Below, in pieces: positions 11,705 through 21,084 of a stretch of 64,000 nt of DNA (positions are counted from its first letter, which is position 1; every line of letters starts with the position of its first letter). This DNA is from Edaphocola sp. Its GTDB lineage: Bacteria > Bacteroidota > Bacteroidia > Chitinophagales > Chitinophagaceae. Both the position numbers and the translations under genes were made by a program. The stretch is taken from assembly GCA_047605615.1 (NCBI GenBank), contig JASGFI010000001.1:486-64485 (forward strand), given 5' to 3'. Below the pieces are notes generated by a model, which searched no databases, was not told the DNA's origin, and worked only from the letters and a program-made list of their open reading frames with translations.

Positions 11705-12400
11705 TTGGAACAAAATAAAAGTTACAGCATAAAACAGTGGGCCGAAGACGACCGGCCACGGGAAAAGCTATTGCAAAAAGGCTATGCCGCATTGAGCGAC
11801 GCCGAATTGCTGGCCATACTGATACAAAGCGGCACCCGCGAAAAATCGGCAGTGGACTTGGCGAGGGAAGTATTGCAACTGGGCGCACAAAACCTTTCGC
11901 AGTTGGGCAAACTATCCGTCAAAGACTTTCAGAAAATAAAGGGCATAGGCGAAGCCCGTGCCATTACCTTGGCCGCCGCCCTGGAACTGGGCAGGCGCAG
12001 GCAGCTGGGCGAAGGCTTGGCAAGAACAAAAGTGGTGGGCAGCAAAGCCGCCGCCGATATATTGATGCCCTTGTTGTCCGACCTGCCCAACGAACATTTT
12101 TGCGTATTGTGCCTCAGTGCCAACAACAGTTTGTTGCATTATGAAATCATCAGTTCCGGCGGGCTTATGGTTACCGTGGCAGACCCAAAAATAATTTTCA
12201 AGATTGCCTTGCAATATTCGGCCGGCAACATCATCATTGCGCACAACCACCCATCGGGCAACGTGCAGCCCAGTGCCGCCGACCGTAGGATGACCCAGCA
12301 AATACGGGAAGCGGGCAAGGTGTTGGAAATAACCTTGATAGACCATCTCATCATCGGCGATAAAAAATACTTCAGCTTTGTCGATGAAGGATTGTTGTAG
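11705..12400 (+). CDS. radC: RadC/JAB domain protein
   Basis: DRPREKLL, LSDAELLAIL, HNHPSGN, DHLII. Confidence 0.96.
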   Translation: MEQNKSYSIKQWAEDDRPREKLLQKGYAALSDAELLAILIQSGTREKSAVDLAREVLQLGAQNLSQLGKLSVKDFQKIKGIGEARAITLAAALELGRRRQLGEGLARTKVVGSKAAADILMPLLSDLPNEHFCVLCLSANNSLLHYEIISSGGLMVTVADPKIIFKIALQYSAGNIIIAHNHPSGNVQPSAADRRMTQQIREAGKVLEITLIDHLIIGDKKYFSFVDEGLL

Positions 12401-12411
12401 CCGGGAGGCCA

Positions 12412-13665
12412 TTATCCGTAGTTGGCCTCTATAAATAACCGTACCAAATTGAAAGCGGCATTTGCGGCCATTTCTTTGTTGCGTAGCCTATCGTAATGAA
12501 ATTGGTGCAGCTTGGCAACTGTACGTTTGCCATTGCTTACGGCCATCCATACCGTGCCTACTGGTTTGTGTGCCGTGCCGCCGTCCGGCCCCAGGATGCC
12601 GCTTGTGGCCACCGCAATATCGGTGCATAGCAGGCTCCTTGCGTGTTCGGCCATTTGTATTACCGTTGCTTCGCTCACGGCTCCCTCGGTTTCCAGCGTT
12701 TGTGCCGAAACCTTTAGTACAGCTTCTTTTGTTTCATTGGCATAGCCAACCACCGAACCTTTGTAAAAGGCCGAACTACCGGCAATGTTGGTGAGCAAAC
12801 TGCCCAAATAGCCGCCCGTGCAGCTTTCGGCAGTGCCGAAAGTAAGCCTGTGTTCCAGCAATTTTTTGGCCACGATATTGGCCAGCGTTTCGTCTTCCTC
12901 GCTGGCTACCACATTGCCCAAACGCTGTACCAATAATTGGCTGTGCGTGGCTATGGATGACTGCAAGGCTTGCCCATCGGCACTTTCGCCTGTCAGGCGC
13001 AATTTCACGAAGCCAAGCCCCGGCAGGTATGCAAGATGAATTTCTTTGGGCAGCGCCGTTTCTATATCCTTTATTTTTTCTGCAAGGAAACTTTCGCCCA
13101 CACCTGCCGTAACCAAGGTTTTATGTACCATGTAATTGCCCTTGAACAGTGCTTGGATACGCGGCAAGGCTTCTTCCGTCATGATGGTTTCCATTTCGAA
13201 CGGTACGCCCGGCAGCGAGACAATTATGGTGTCTCCTTTCTCGAACCACATACCCGGCGCAGTGCCCATCCTGTTGAAAAGCACGGTACACGCATCGGGT
13301 ACTTCGGCCTGTTTTAGGTTGGCTTCCAAAAATGGCCTGTTCCTTTTGGCGAATATTTGGCGCACGTGTTCCAGTACCGTTTCGTTCACCACCATGTTGC
13401 CGCCAAAATAATTGTTGAGCGCCGGTTTGGTTACATCGTCGGCAGTGGGGCCAAGGCCACCGGTCAATATTACCAACCGGGCCATGGGTATGCTTTCGTC
13501 CAGCATGGCGGCTATGGCTTCTTGGGTGTCGGCTATGGCTATGCGCCGGGTTACGTTGATGCCTAATTTATTTAGGTGTTGGGCTATCCATGCCGAATTG
13601 GTATCGATTGTTTGGCCGATTAGCAGTTCATCGCCTATGGTGACGATAATGGCAGCGTAAGACAA
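12412..13665 (-). CDS. cinA: Competence/damage-inducible protein CinA (MocF plus PncC domains)
   Basis: IGDELLIGQTIDTNS, GGLGPTADD, AESCTGG, KPVGTVW. Confidence 0.95.
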   Translation of the reverse strand: MSYAAIIVTIGDELLIGQTIDTNSAWIAQHLNKLGINVTRRIAIADTQEAIAAMLDESIPMARLVILTGGLGPTADDVTKPALNNYFGGNMVVNETVLEHVRQIFAKRNRPFLEANLKQAEVPDACTVLFNRMGTAPGMWFEKGDTIIVSLPGVPFEMETIMTEEALPRIQALFKGNYMVHKTLVTAGVGESFLAEKIKDIETALPKEIHLAYLPGLGFVKLRLTGESADGQALQSSIATHSQLLVQRLGNVVASEEDETLANIVAKKLLEHRLTFGTAESCTGGYLGSLLTNIAGSSAFYKGSVVGYANETKEAVLKVSAQTLETEGAVSEATVIQMAEHARSLLCTDIAVATSGILGPDGGTAHKPVGTVWMAVSNGKRTVAKLHQFHYDRLRNKEMAANAAFNLVRLFIEANYG

Positions 13666-13698
13666 GTTGTTGCGGATTTATAAAGAAGAAAAGACAAT

Positions 13699-14649
13699 TC
13701 AATAATAAAATTTGGCCGAAAAATCTACCCGCTCCCGCCCTTTGGAAAAGGCGTACCAATTGCCCCTGTAATCAATGGCCACCGGCAGCAAATATTGGCC
13801 TTTCTGTTGCAGATCTACGTGAATGGCCACATCGAAATCGTAAGCCAGGGTATTGTATCGCAAATGGTAGTCGCGGGCCACTATGGAATAATCGCTTTGC
13901 CGGAACCAAGTATTGAATTGGCGATAGACCACATTTTCTTCTTGACCCTTTTTGGGCGTGGCTTCAAACAAGTAGCAGTCTTCGCCGTTTTTATTGGCCA
14001 CGCTTAGTTTGAAGTCGTACATGCCGGCTATTTCCGGGTCGAATATGGCGGGTTTGTTGCCCATGAAAGGTATGCCCCCTATGCGGCTGCCGGGGTTGAA
14101 CATAAGTTGTTTCAGCTTGGCTTTGTTCCTTTCCAAGCTGCCTTTCCCCGCATCTTCTGCCAATTTTCCGGCTACTATGTTGTCTTCATTACACACTTTG
14201 CCTTTGGTGAAAAACAAGGATGCGTACAACTCGGCGGTATAATAATTGTAATTGCCTTTGCGGTCAAAAAAATCGCCCGTGACATTTTGCTCCAAAACGT
14301 CCATTGTCCTGCAACCATTGCGGCATATCTGTTTGGTTTCGCTGGTTAAAGATGCTATCGGTTTGCTGCCTTTCTTGTCGTACACCTTTATGTCGTTGTC
14401 GGCATTGTAGGTTACGAGGTGCATGCTCCTGAATGCCTTGTAGAACGTTGTGTCGTCTTTTATCCTTTGGATAAATTCGCCAATGTCAAAACCTTCTTTG
14501 CCATCGGACTTGACGATAACCTCATCTATCATGATGGGCGCAAAATACGTAGTGTCCAGTACTTGCGCGCGCAGCTTGGGGTTGCTTGTAAAAAACGCCA
14601 GCACCATGCCCCACACCCTCCATTTGTTCAACTTGTGCATCCTCTCCAA
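13699..14649 (-). CDS. Hypothetical exported protein
   Basis: Long ORF with signal-peptide-like N-terminus; no family recognised. Confidence 0.65.
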   Translation of the reverse strand: MERMHKLNKWRVWGMVLAFFTSNPKLRAQVLDTTYFAPIMIDEVIVKSDGKEGFDIGEFIQRIKDDTTFYKAFRSMHLVTYNADNDIKVYDKKGSKPIASLTSETKQICRNGCRTMDVLEQNVTGDFFDRKGNYNYYTAELYASLFFTKGKVCNEDNIVAGKLAEDAGKGSLERNKAKLKQLMFNPGSRIGGIPFMGNKPAIFDPEIAGMYDFKLSVANKNGEDCYLFEATPKKGQEENVVYRQFNTWFRQSDYSIVARDYHLRYNTLAYDFDVAIHVDLQQKGQYLLPVAIDYRGNWYAFSKGRERVDFSAKFYY

Positions 14650-14654
14650 AAAAA

Positions 14655-15356
14655 TTATGGTTGTATAACGCTATTCGTGGGTTTTAGTTGTTGCAGCAGC
14701 ACCTCTGCCATGGCCATGTCTTCCGGTGTGGTAATCTTGATGTTGTCTTTGTCGCCTTCCGTTAGATGTACTGTAAAACCGTATGCTTCCCATACCGAAG
14801 CCTCGTCCGTAAACGATTCGGAATAGGGTAGCGAGTAGGCTTTTTTTATGTTGGCGGCAAGAAAAGTTTGAGGTGTTTGTACGCTGCGCAGCAGTTCGCG
14901 GTCTATGGGTTCAAAATAGGTTCCGTTCCACCTTCTGGTAGAATCCGTAACCTTTATGGCCGGTATGGCATCGCCATGTGCCAAGGTGTCTCGGTAGCAG
15001 CGCAGCAATAAATCTTCGCTTATGAACGGCCTTACGCCATCGTGGATGAATACTATATCGTCGTCGGCCACTTGTGCCAATCCATTTTGCACGCTATGGA
15101 ACCTCGTTTCGCCGCCATGCACAATGGTAATATGCGGATGCTGCGCCAATGCCTGCAACAGCGTATTGGCATGGCTGATGTGGGCTTGGGGCAGTACCAG
15201 TATTATTTTTATGGAAGGGAATACTTCCATGAATTTTTGTACGCCGTAATAAAGGATTGGCTTGCCGGCCAGAGGCAAAAATTGTTTGGGAACGGCATTG
15301 CCCATGCGCAAGCCCTTGCCGCCGGCCACTATTATTGCTGTGGTGTTTTTTGCCAT
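14655..15356 (-). CDS. ispD: 2-C-methyl-D-erythritol 4-phosphate cytidylyltransferase
   Basis: AIIVAGGKGLRMG..PKQF, IHDGVRP, QTPQ, NIKITTPED. Confidence 0.95.
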   Translation of the reverse strand: MAKNTTAIIVAGGKGLRMGNAVPKQFLPLAGKPILYYGVQKFMEVFPSIKIILVLPQAHISHANTLLQALAQHPHITIVHGGETRFHSVQNGLAQVADDDIVFIHDGVRPFISEDLLLRCYRDTLAHGDAIPAIKVTDSTRRWNGTYFEPIDRELLRSVQTPQTFLAANIKKAYSLPYSESFTDEASVWEAYGFTVHLTEGDKDNIKITTPEDMAMAEVLLQQLKPTNSVIQP

Positions 15357-15433
15357 GTCCATATACGGCACAAATATACTTTTGTTCCTGCTTAAATATG
15401 GTAAGTGTTTTTTGAACCTCCGCCCAAACAACA

Positions 15434-15465
15434 ACATCCGCAAATCCAAAGCGATTTGCGGATGT
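15434..15465 (-). terminator. Hairpin terminator after the lipoprotein gene
   Basis: 13-bp stem acatccgcaaatc/gatttgcggatgt followed by T-rich sequence on the minus strand. Confidence 0.6.
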
Positions 15466-15487
15466 CATGTTTAAGGACTTATAGCCT

Positions 15488-16090
15488 TTACTTCTCGAAA
15501 ATATACACCGGGTAGCCGCTGCTCAGGTGTATGCTGGTGTCTTGCACCGCATTCTTGCCGTTGAATTTAAGTTCGCGGATGGGTATAATACAATGACATG
15601 TTTCTTTTTTTGCCTGCTTGTTGGAAACTTGTTCTGAATGGATATATAATGTGTCCAAATCGCCATCGGGATACTTAAAATAAAAGGTAGATACTCCTTC
15701 TGTTACGGGTAAATTCGCCAATTCATTAAAAAAGCAGATATGGCTGTACTCATATTCTTGACGGTTGCTGCCATCTTTTAAAGCATGGTCATAAGCCAAG
15801 AAAAAAAACGTAGTATCGTCTGTCACATTGTCTGCCTCTACCCCCTGAGCAATTGCTTCATCAGTTTTGTCTGGTCGCGATACTATCAACCCTTTGCTAT
15901 TGTAATAAAATAATGAGGTATTACGCAAAACACTATCACTTAAATCAACCCCGTCCTTGACAATCTTAAAATAGTATCTACCGTAAGGATAAACATCTTC
16001 ATCGTTATCTTTGCCACAACTTCCGGCCAGCAAAACAAGCATACTAAAAATGCTATAAAAATTTAAATTGTTTATACGATGGCTTTTCAT
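15488..16090 (-). CDS. Hypothetical lipoprotein (AT-rich)
   Basis: MKSHR...LVLLAGSC lipobox followed by acidic residues; AT-rich codons. Confidence 0.75.
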   Translation of the reverse strand: MKSHRINNLNFYSIFSMLVLLAGSCGKDNDEDVYPYGRYYFKIVKDGVDLSDSVLRNTSLFYYNSKGLIVSRPDKTDEAIAQGVEADNVTDDTTFFFLAYDHALKDGSNRQEYEYSHICFFNELANLPVTEGVSTFYFKYPDGDLDTLYIHSEQVSNKQAKKETCHCIIPIRELKFNGKNAVQDTSIHLSSGYPVYIFEK

Positions 16091-16095
16091 GGCAG

Positions 16096-16213
16096 TTATG
16101 GAATAATATTGTGAATAAAATGGTGGGCATACTGATAATTGAAGTTTTGAGTAGTACCCGTTACTTGCCAATCATCTACGTAATACCATTTATTGCCAGC
16201 TCCACCTCCACGC
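16096..16213 (-). pseudogene. C-terminal relic, possibly of a C10 (streptopain-family) peptidase
   Basis: GGAGNKWYYVDDW...NFNYQYAHHFIHNIIP* resembles recalled Bacteroidota C10 C-termini; stop is 5 nt from the lipoprotein ATG. Confidence 0.4.
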
Positions 16214-16393
16214 GGGCCTCCATAGAATATCGCGGCAAGGCCATTGAACCCAACTCCTACGCCGAATACACGGAAAAAAAACAGCTGCAACAATTGAAGA
16301 AAGAACAGGAAAGAAACAGTTAGGTTGCATCCGCCCGGCAAAGAACCAAGGCAGTTCAAAAGTTTATCCCGGTTCAACAATGCCGGAAAACGA

Positions 16394-17728
16394 CTATCGT
16401 TTTTTCTTTGCGCCCCTTGTCTTGGGCTTGCCGTATTTGTCCATCATTTTTTGCTTGTGGCCCACCTTTTGGTTGGTCTTCATGTTCTTGGCTTTCTTTT
16501 GGTGGAAGGCCGGGCCTGCGTTTTCAAACTTTGGTTGCTTGATGGCCACTTCTTTGTGAAACACCTTGGGTTGCTCGTCTTCGGTTAGCTCGGCAGATAT
16601 GGCCACTTCGTCGGGAAAAGGAACCATGGGCAATTGCCGGGCCATCAACTGCTCTATGGACAATACGGCGGCCCGGTCGGCGGGCAACACGAAACTTATG
16701 GCCTCGCCCGGCCGGTCGGCCCGGCCGGTGCGCCCTATGCGGTGTATGTAGTTTTCGGGCACTTCGGGCAGGTCGAAATTTATTACATGGCTCACGGAGG
16801 CAATGTCTATGCCGCGCGCCACTATGTCGGTAGCGATTATGAACCTGTAAGTGCCTTCTTTGAACAACTTTACCGTTTCAAAACGTTTGTTCTGCTCTTT
16901 GTTGGAATGGATGACCCCCACCCGGTCGGGATAATGTGCGGCCATCCGTTCGTACAGCTGGTCGGCCAGGTGCTTGGTGGCCGTGAATACCAATACCCTG
17001 TCCATGTCGGTTCGGGTATCCAACAAATGCCGCATCAGGTTTACCTTGGTGCAAAAGTTGGGCACGGGGTAGGCCAATTGCTGTATTTGCGCCACGGGCG
17101 TGCCTGCCGGTGCGGCTTCTATGCGTATGGGGTCCCTGAAATATGTGTCCATCAATTGCTCCACGTCGCCGCCGAGGGTGGCGGAAAACATCAGGTTCTG
17201 GCGGCGTTCCGGCAACAAGTCCAGTATGTTGCGCAATTGCGTACGGAAACCGAGGTCCAGCATTTCGTCCACTTCGTCTATGACCAGTTTTTTGACGGAC
17301 TTGGTCTTGAGCGAACCGTTCAGCACCAAATCGTACAGCCTGCCCGGCGTGGCCACCAATACGTCCAAGCCGTTCAGCATGGCCTCGGCCTGCGGCTTCA
17401 TGTTTACGCCGCCGTACACGCCCACTATTTCCAGGCTCCTGTAAGCCGACAGTTGCCTGGCCGCGGCCACTACCTGCTGCACCAGTTCGCGGGTGGGCAC
17501 CAGTACCAGCATTTGCGGGAAACGGTCTTTTGAAAATTCTATTTGGCGCAGGCAGGGCAACAGGTAGGCAAAAGTTTTGCCGGTGCCCGTTTGGGCTATG
17601 CCGCACACGTCCCTGCCCGACATTATGGGCGCGAACGCTTGTTGCTGGATGGTGGTGGGCGTGTGCAGGCCCATTTCGTCCAAAGCCTTGAGCAATGGGC
17701 CGGTAAGGTTGAGGTCTGAAAATTTCAT
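16394..17728 (-). CDS. DEAD-box RNA helicase
   Basis: AQTGTGKT, PTREL, DEVD, SAT, ARGID, HRIGRTGR; start taken at MKFSDLNL. Confidence 0.97.
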   Translation of the reverse strand: MKFSDLNLTGPLLKALDEMGLHTPTTIQQQAFAPIMSGRDVCGIAQTGTGKTFAYLLPCLRQIEFSKDRFPQMLVLVPTRELVQQVVAAARQLSAYRSLEIVGVYGGVNMKPQAEAMLNGLDVLVATPGRLYDLVLNGSLKTKSVKKLVIDEVDEMLDLGFRTQLRNILDLLPERRQNLMFSATLGGDVEQLMDTYFRDPIRIEAAPAGTPVAQIQQLAYPVPNFCTKVNLMRHLLDTRTDMDRVLVFTATKHLADQLYERMAAHYPDRVGVIHSNKEQNKRFETVKLFKEGTYRFIIATDIVARGIDIASVSHVINFDLPEVPENYIHRIGRTGRADRPGEAISFVLPADRAAVLSIEQLMARQLPMVPFPDEVAISAELTEDEQPKVFHKEVAIKQPKFENAGPAFHQKKAKNMKTNQKVGHKQKMMDKYGKPKTRGAKKKR

Positions 17729-17985
17729 AACATGGATGCCGCAAAGATACGAAGGCCAATCCGGAATAGGGAACGGGCAAATGGCCGGGGGCAATTTGCA
17801 GCAGGCAAAAGGGGCCATCAACGGTGGCCATTCGGCAATGGGCAAAAAGCCGCACCGCACGTCGCGAACCTCTTTTTTGTGCCTGCCGTGCCTTGCGCCG
17901 GGTGAAAACGGCATTGCATCATCAAGTAACTTTTTGTACATTTACCCCACGAAAATATAGGTATAACCCAATTAAATTTGAAACA

Positions 17986-18477
17986 ATGGCCATTACGAAC
18001 CTCAACAACCTGCACCTTACGGACGAACAGCTGGAGGTGGCGCAAAATGCCCTCGAGGAGTTGGAAAACGCCCTCGCCGCCATCAACGTAAACCTCACGG
18101 CAGACGACCGCCGCAGGTATGGCAGCATCAACGAGCAAAACAAATTGTTCGTGAACAAAGTGAACGACTACTTCGCCAACCAGCCCGCCCTCAGCTCGCC
18201 CGAGGTGGACTGGGCGGAATTTGCCGCCGACTATGCCAGCCGCAAAAGCTACGAAGCCATCATAGCAAGGCTCGACAGCCTGAGCCAAACGCTGGCCAAT
18301 GCCAAAATACTGCACGATTACGACAATTACCAGTCGGCCCTTACCGACTACGCCTACACCGCCTACAAGGCAGGCACATCCGCACCGGGCTACGAAACCA
18401 AGTATGACGAGTTGAAGCAGTTCTTTGCCAGATCCTCTTCCACGGGCGGCACGGACACGGGCGGCACAACCGGGTAA
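17986..18477 (+). CDS. Conserved hypothetical all-helical protein (163 aa)
   Basis: MAITNLNNL...VNLTADDRRRYGSINEQNKLFV...LHDYDNYQSAL...YDELKQFF; resembles a Bacteroidota hypothetical family recalled from memory; strong host-like codon bias. Confidence 0.85.
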   Translation: MAITNLNNLHLTDEQLEVAQNALEELENALAAINVNLTADDRRRYGSINEQNKLFVNKVNDYFANQPALSSPEVDWAEFAADYASRKSYEAIIARLDSLSQTLANAKILHDYDNYQSALTDYAYTAYKAGTSAPGYETKYDELKQFFARSSSTGGTDTGGTTG

Positions 18478-18490
18478 GCCCCCCCCGTTG

Positions 18491-18742
18491 GGGCTGCCGG
18501 CCCATCCGCACACGTTGCGAAATGGTACGGATATGTAAGGCACCCCTCCCGATGCGTTGCCGGCCCCCCCGTTGGGGTTGCGCAACGTATATTTTGGGGT
18601 TCGGGACGCCAAATTTTGGGTTCCGAACCCCAACGGGGGTACAGGACACCCCAACGGAACAGTTTGCAACCGCAACGAAGCCTTGCAGGACGTATCGGGA
18701 TGGGTTCGGAACGTGTGGGGAACGTTGCGGAACGCGGGAACA
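18491..18742. repeat. Degenerate 21-nt tandem array (12 units)
   Basis: Shared blocks recur only at multiples of 21 nt: offsets 21, 63, 84, 84, 105 and 210. Confidence 0.8.
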
Positions 18743-18894
18743 CGGGACTTGGACGATATTTGGGCACAAACATTTTTTCTTCGGGCAGCATTAAACCTAT
18801 CGCCCCCCGCCGGGGCAAAAAAACCCACGAAGCCCTCCGGCGTGCAGCATACTTGCGCTATCTTTGCCGCTTAACCCAAAAAAACAGGAATAAT

Positions 18895-20403
18895 TTGCGT
18901 TTTTTACTCATCCTGATGCTTTGCAGCGGCATAGGCGCACGGGCGGCGGCGCAGCAGGTACCGGCACCCAAGAGAGAGCTGAGGGCGGTATGGATAGCCA
19001 CCGTGGGCAATATAGACTGGCCCAGCAAACAGGGCCTTTCGGCACAGCAGCAACAACAGGAATTCATAAACCACCTCAACTACCTGCAAAGCCACGGCTT
19101 CAACGCCGCGATAGTGCAGGTAAGGCCCGCCGCCGATGCCCTTTACCCCTCGCCCTACGAACCCTGGAGCCGCTACCTGAGCGGCAAGCAGGGCCAGCCA
19201 CCGTTCCCCAAATACGACCCCTTGGAATTTATGGTGCGCGAGTGCCACAGGCGCAACATGGAACTGCACGCTTGGTTCAACCCCTACCGGGCTTTGGTGG
19301 CCAGCAATGCCAATCCCAATCCTGCCGACCATGCCACCAAAGTGCATCCCGAATGGATAATACACTACGGCGGCAAAAGCTACTTCGACCCCGGCAACCC
19401 CGAAGCGCGCGAATACATACTGAAGGTAATACTGGACGTGGTGGAGCGTTACGACATAGACGCGGTGCATATAGACGACTATTTCTACCCCTATCCCGTG
19501 GCGGGCAAGCCCTTCCCCGATGCGGCCACCTATAAAAAATATGCCACGGGGCAGGCCTTGGACGATTGGCGCCGCGACAATGTGAACATGTTCGTATCGC
19601 AATTGAACGCCAACATCAAGCACAAAAAAAACTGGGTAAAATTTGGCGTAAGCCCCTTCGGTATATGGCGCAACAGCAACAAAGACCCCGAAGGCTCGGC
19701 CACGCGCGGCGCCAGTTGCTACGATGATTTGTACAGCGACGTGCGCCTGTGGATAGACAAAAAATGGCTGGACTACGTGGCACCCCAATTGTACTGGGAA
19801 CGTGGCCACAGGGTGGCCGCCTACGACATATTGCTTCCCTGGTGGAAAGAACACAGCGGCAACCGCCAGCTTTACATAGGCTTGGGCGTTTACCGCATGG
19901 TGGACGCAAAAGGCCTGCCCTGGAACAATGCGCAGGAACTGCTGCAAGAAATAGACGATGCCCGGAAGCTGGACGTGGACGGCTTGGTGTTTTACAGCAT
20001 GAGCAGTTTTTACAAAATAGGCAACGAACTGGGCGACAAACTGCAACAGCAATATTTCGGCACCATAGCCATACCCCCCGCCACACCTTGGCCCGGCCAT
20101 GCCAAGCCCACGCCCCCCAAACTGATGATAGGGGCAAAAAACAACAGCAACTGGCTTATCTGGAACCATGAAAACGCCCCCCAACCCCCGCAGGAAAAAT
20201 ATTTGGTGTATAGATTTGAAGGGAACGAAAAGATAAACCTTGACGATGCCACCAAAATACTGGCCCTGACCCAAGAGCAAAAGTTTTCGGACAATGAAAC
20301 AGTGGCGGGCAAGCATTACAGGTATGCAGTAACGGCAGTGGACAGGTTGTGGAACGAGAGCGACATGAGCAATGTAGTAGAAGCAGGTACGCCCGAAAAT
20401 TAA
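18895..20403 (+). CDS. Glycoside hydrolase-like family 10 (DUF187, YngK/YddW-type) with C-terminal Fn3-like domain
   Basis: [57 protein letters not shown]; the 595-aa track ORF is over-extended into the repeat array. Confidence 0.9.
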   Translation: MRFLLILMLCSGIGARAAAQQVPAPKRELRAVWIATVGNIDWPSKQGLSAQQQQQEFINHLNYLQSHGFNAAIVQVRPAADALYPSPYEPWSRYLSGKQGQPPFPKYDPLEFMVRECHRRNMELHAWFNPYRALVASNANPNPADHATKVHPEWIIHYGGKSYFDPGNPEAREYILKVILDVVERYDIDAVHIDDYFYPYPVAGKPFPDAATYKKYATGQALDDWRRDNVNMFVSQLNANIKHKKNWVKFGVSPFGIWRNSNKDPEGSATRGASCYDDLYSDVRLWIDKKWLDYVAPQLYWERGHRVAAYDILLPWWKEHSGNRQLYIGLGVYRMVDAKGLPWNNAQELLQEIDDARKLDVDGLVFYSMSSFYKIGNELGDKLQQQYFGTIAIPPATPWPGHAKPTPPKLMIGAKNNSNWLIWNHENAPQPPQEKYLVYRFEGNEKINLDDATKILALTQEQKFSDNETVAGKHYRYAVTAVDRLWNESDMSNVVEAGTPEN

Positions 20404-20486
20404 ATATCCAACAACAACAACCCTGCCCCACAGAGAATTTTATCCCCCATAAAAAATGGCCCGATGGGGCCGCCCATGGCGCCAAA

Positions 20487-21059
20487 ATGTTCATAGAACC
20501 ACATAAACACAACAATGGCTACGGCTGGATAGAAGTAATATGCGGCTCCATGTTCAGCGGCAAGACCGAAGAACTGATACGCAGGCTGAAACGCGCGCGC
20601 ATAGCCCACCAAAAAACAGAAATATTCAAGCCCGCCATAGACACCCGCTACCATGCCACGGACGTAATATCGCACGACGAAAGCCGCATACGCAGCACCC
20701 CGGTAAGCGCCTCGCAGAACATACTGCTATTGGCCGACGATGCCGACGTGGTAGGCATAGACGAAGCACAATTTTTCGACAGCGAGATAACCCATGTGGC
20801 CGAAACCCTGGCCGCCAAAGGCATGAGGGTGATAGTGGCCGGCCTCGACATGGATTTTAAAGGCCGCCCCTTTGGCCCCATGCCCGCCCTGCTGGCCAGT
20901 GCCGATTACATTACCAAGCTGCACGCAATATGCGTGGTTTGTGGCAACATAGCCAGCTTCAGCTACCGCAAAGGCACCGAACCCGGCCGCGTGCTATTGG
21001 GCGAAAAAGACAAATACGAACCCCGCTGCCGCCATTGCTTCCACAATGTGCGGCCATGA
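20487..21059 (+). CDS. tdk: Thymidine kinase
   Basis: [17 protein letters not shown], zinc-binding CVVC...CRHC. Confidence 0.97.
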   Translation: MFIEPHKHNNGYGWIEVICGSMFSGKTEELIRRLKRARIAHQKTEIFKPAIDTRYHATDVISHDESRIRSTPVSASQNILLLADDADVVGIDEAQFFDSEITHVAETLAAKGMRVIVAGLDMDFKGRPFGPMPALLASADYITKLHAICVVCGNIASFSYRKGTEPGRVLLGEKDKYEPRCRHCFHNVRP

Positions 21060-21084
21060 CCTTTTTCCGTAATTTTGCCCGCAA

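Noticed and set aside
18491-18742. CRISPR interpretation of the 21-nt array
   Set aside because: No identical repeats separated by unique spacers, units are too short, and there are no cas genes in the window.
18616-18894. N-terminal 93 aa of the 595-aa track ORF
   Set aside because: It runs through the repeat array and a TATCTTTG promoter-like motif (18859-18866); the signal peptide begins near 18895.
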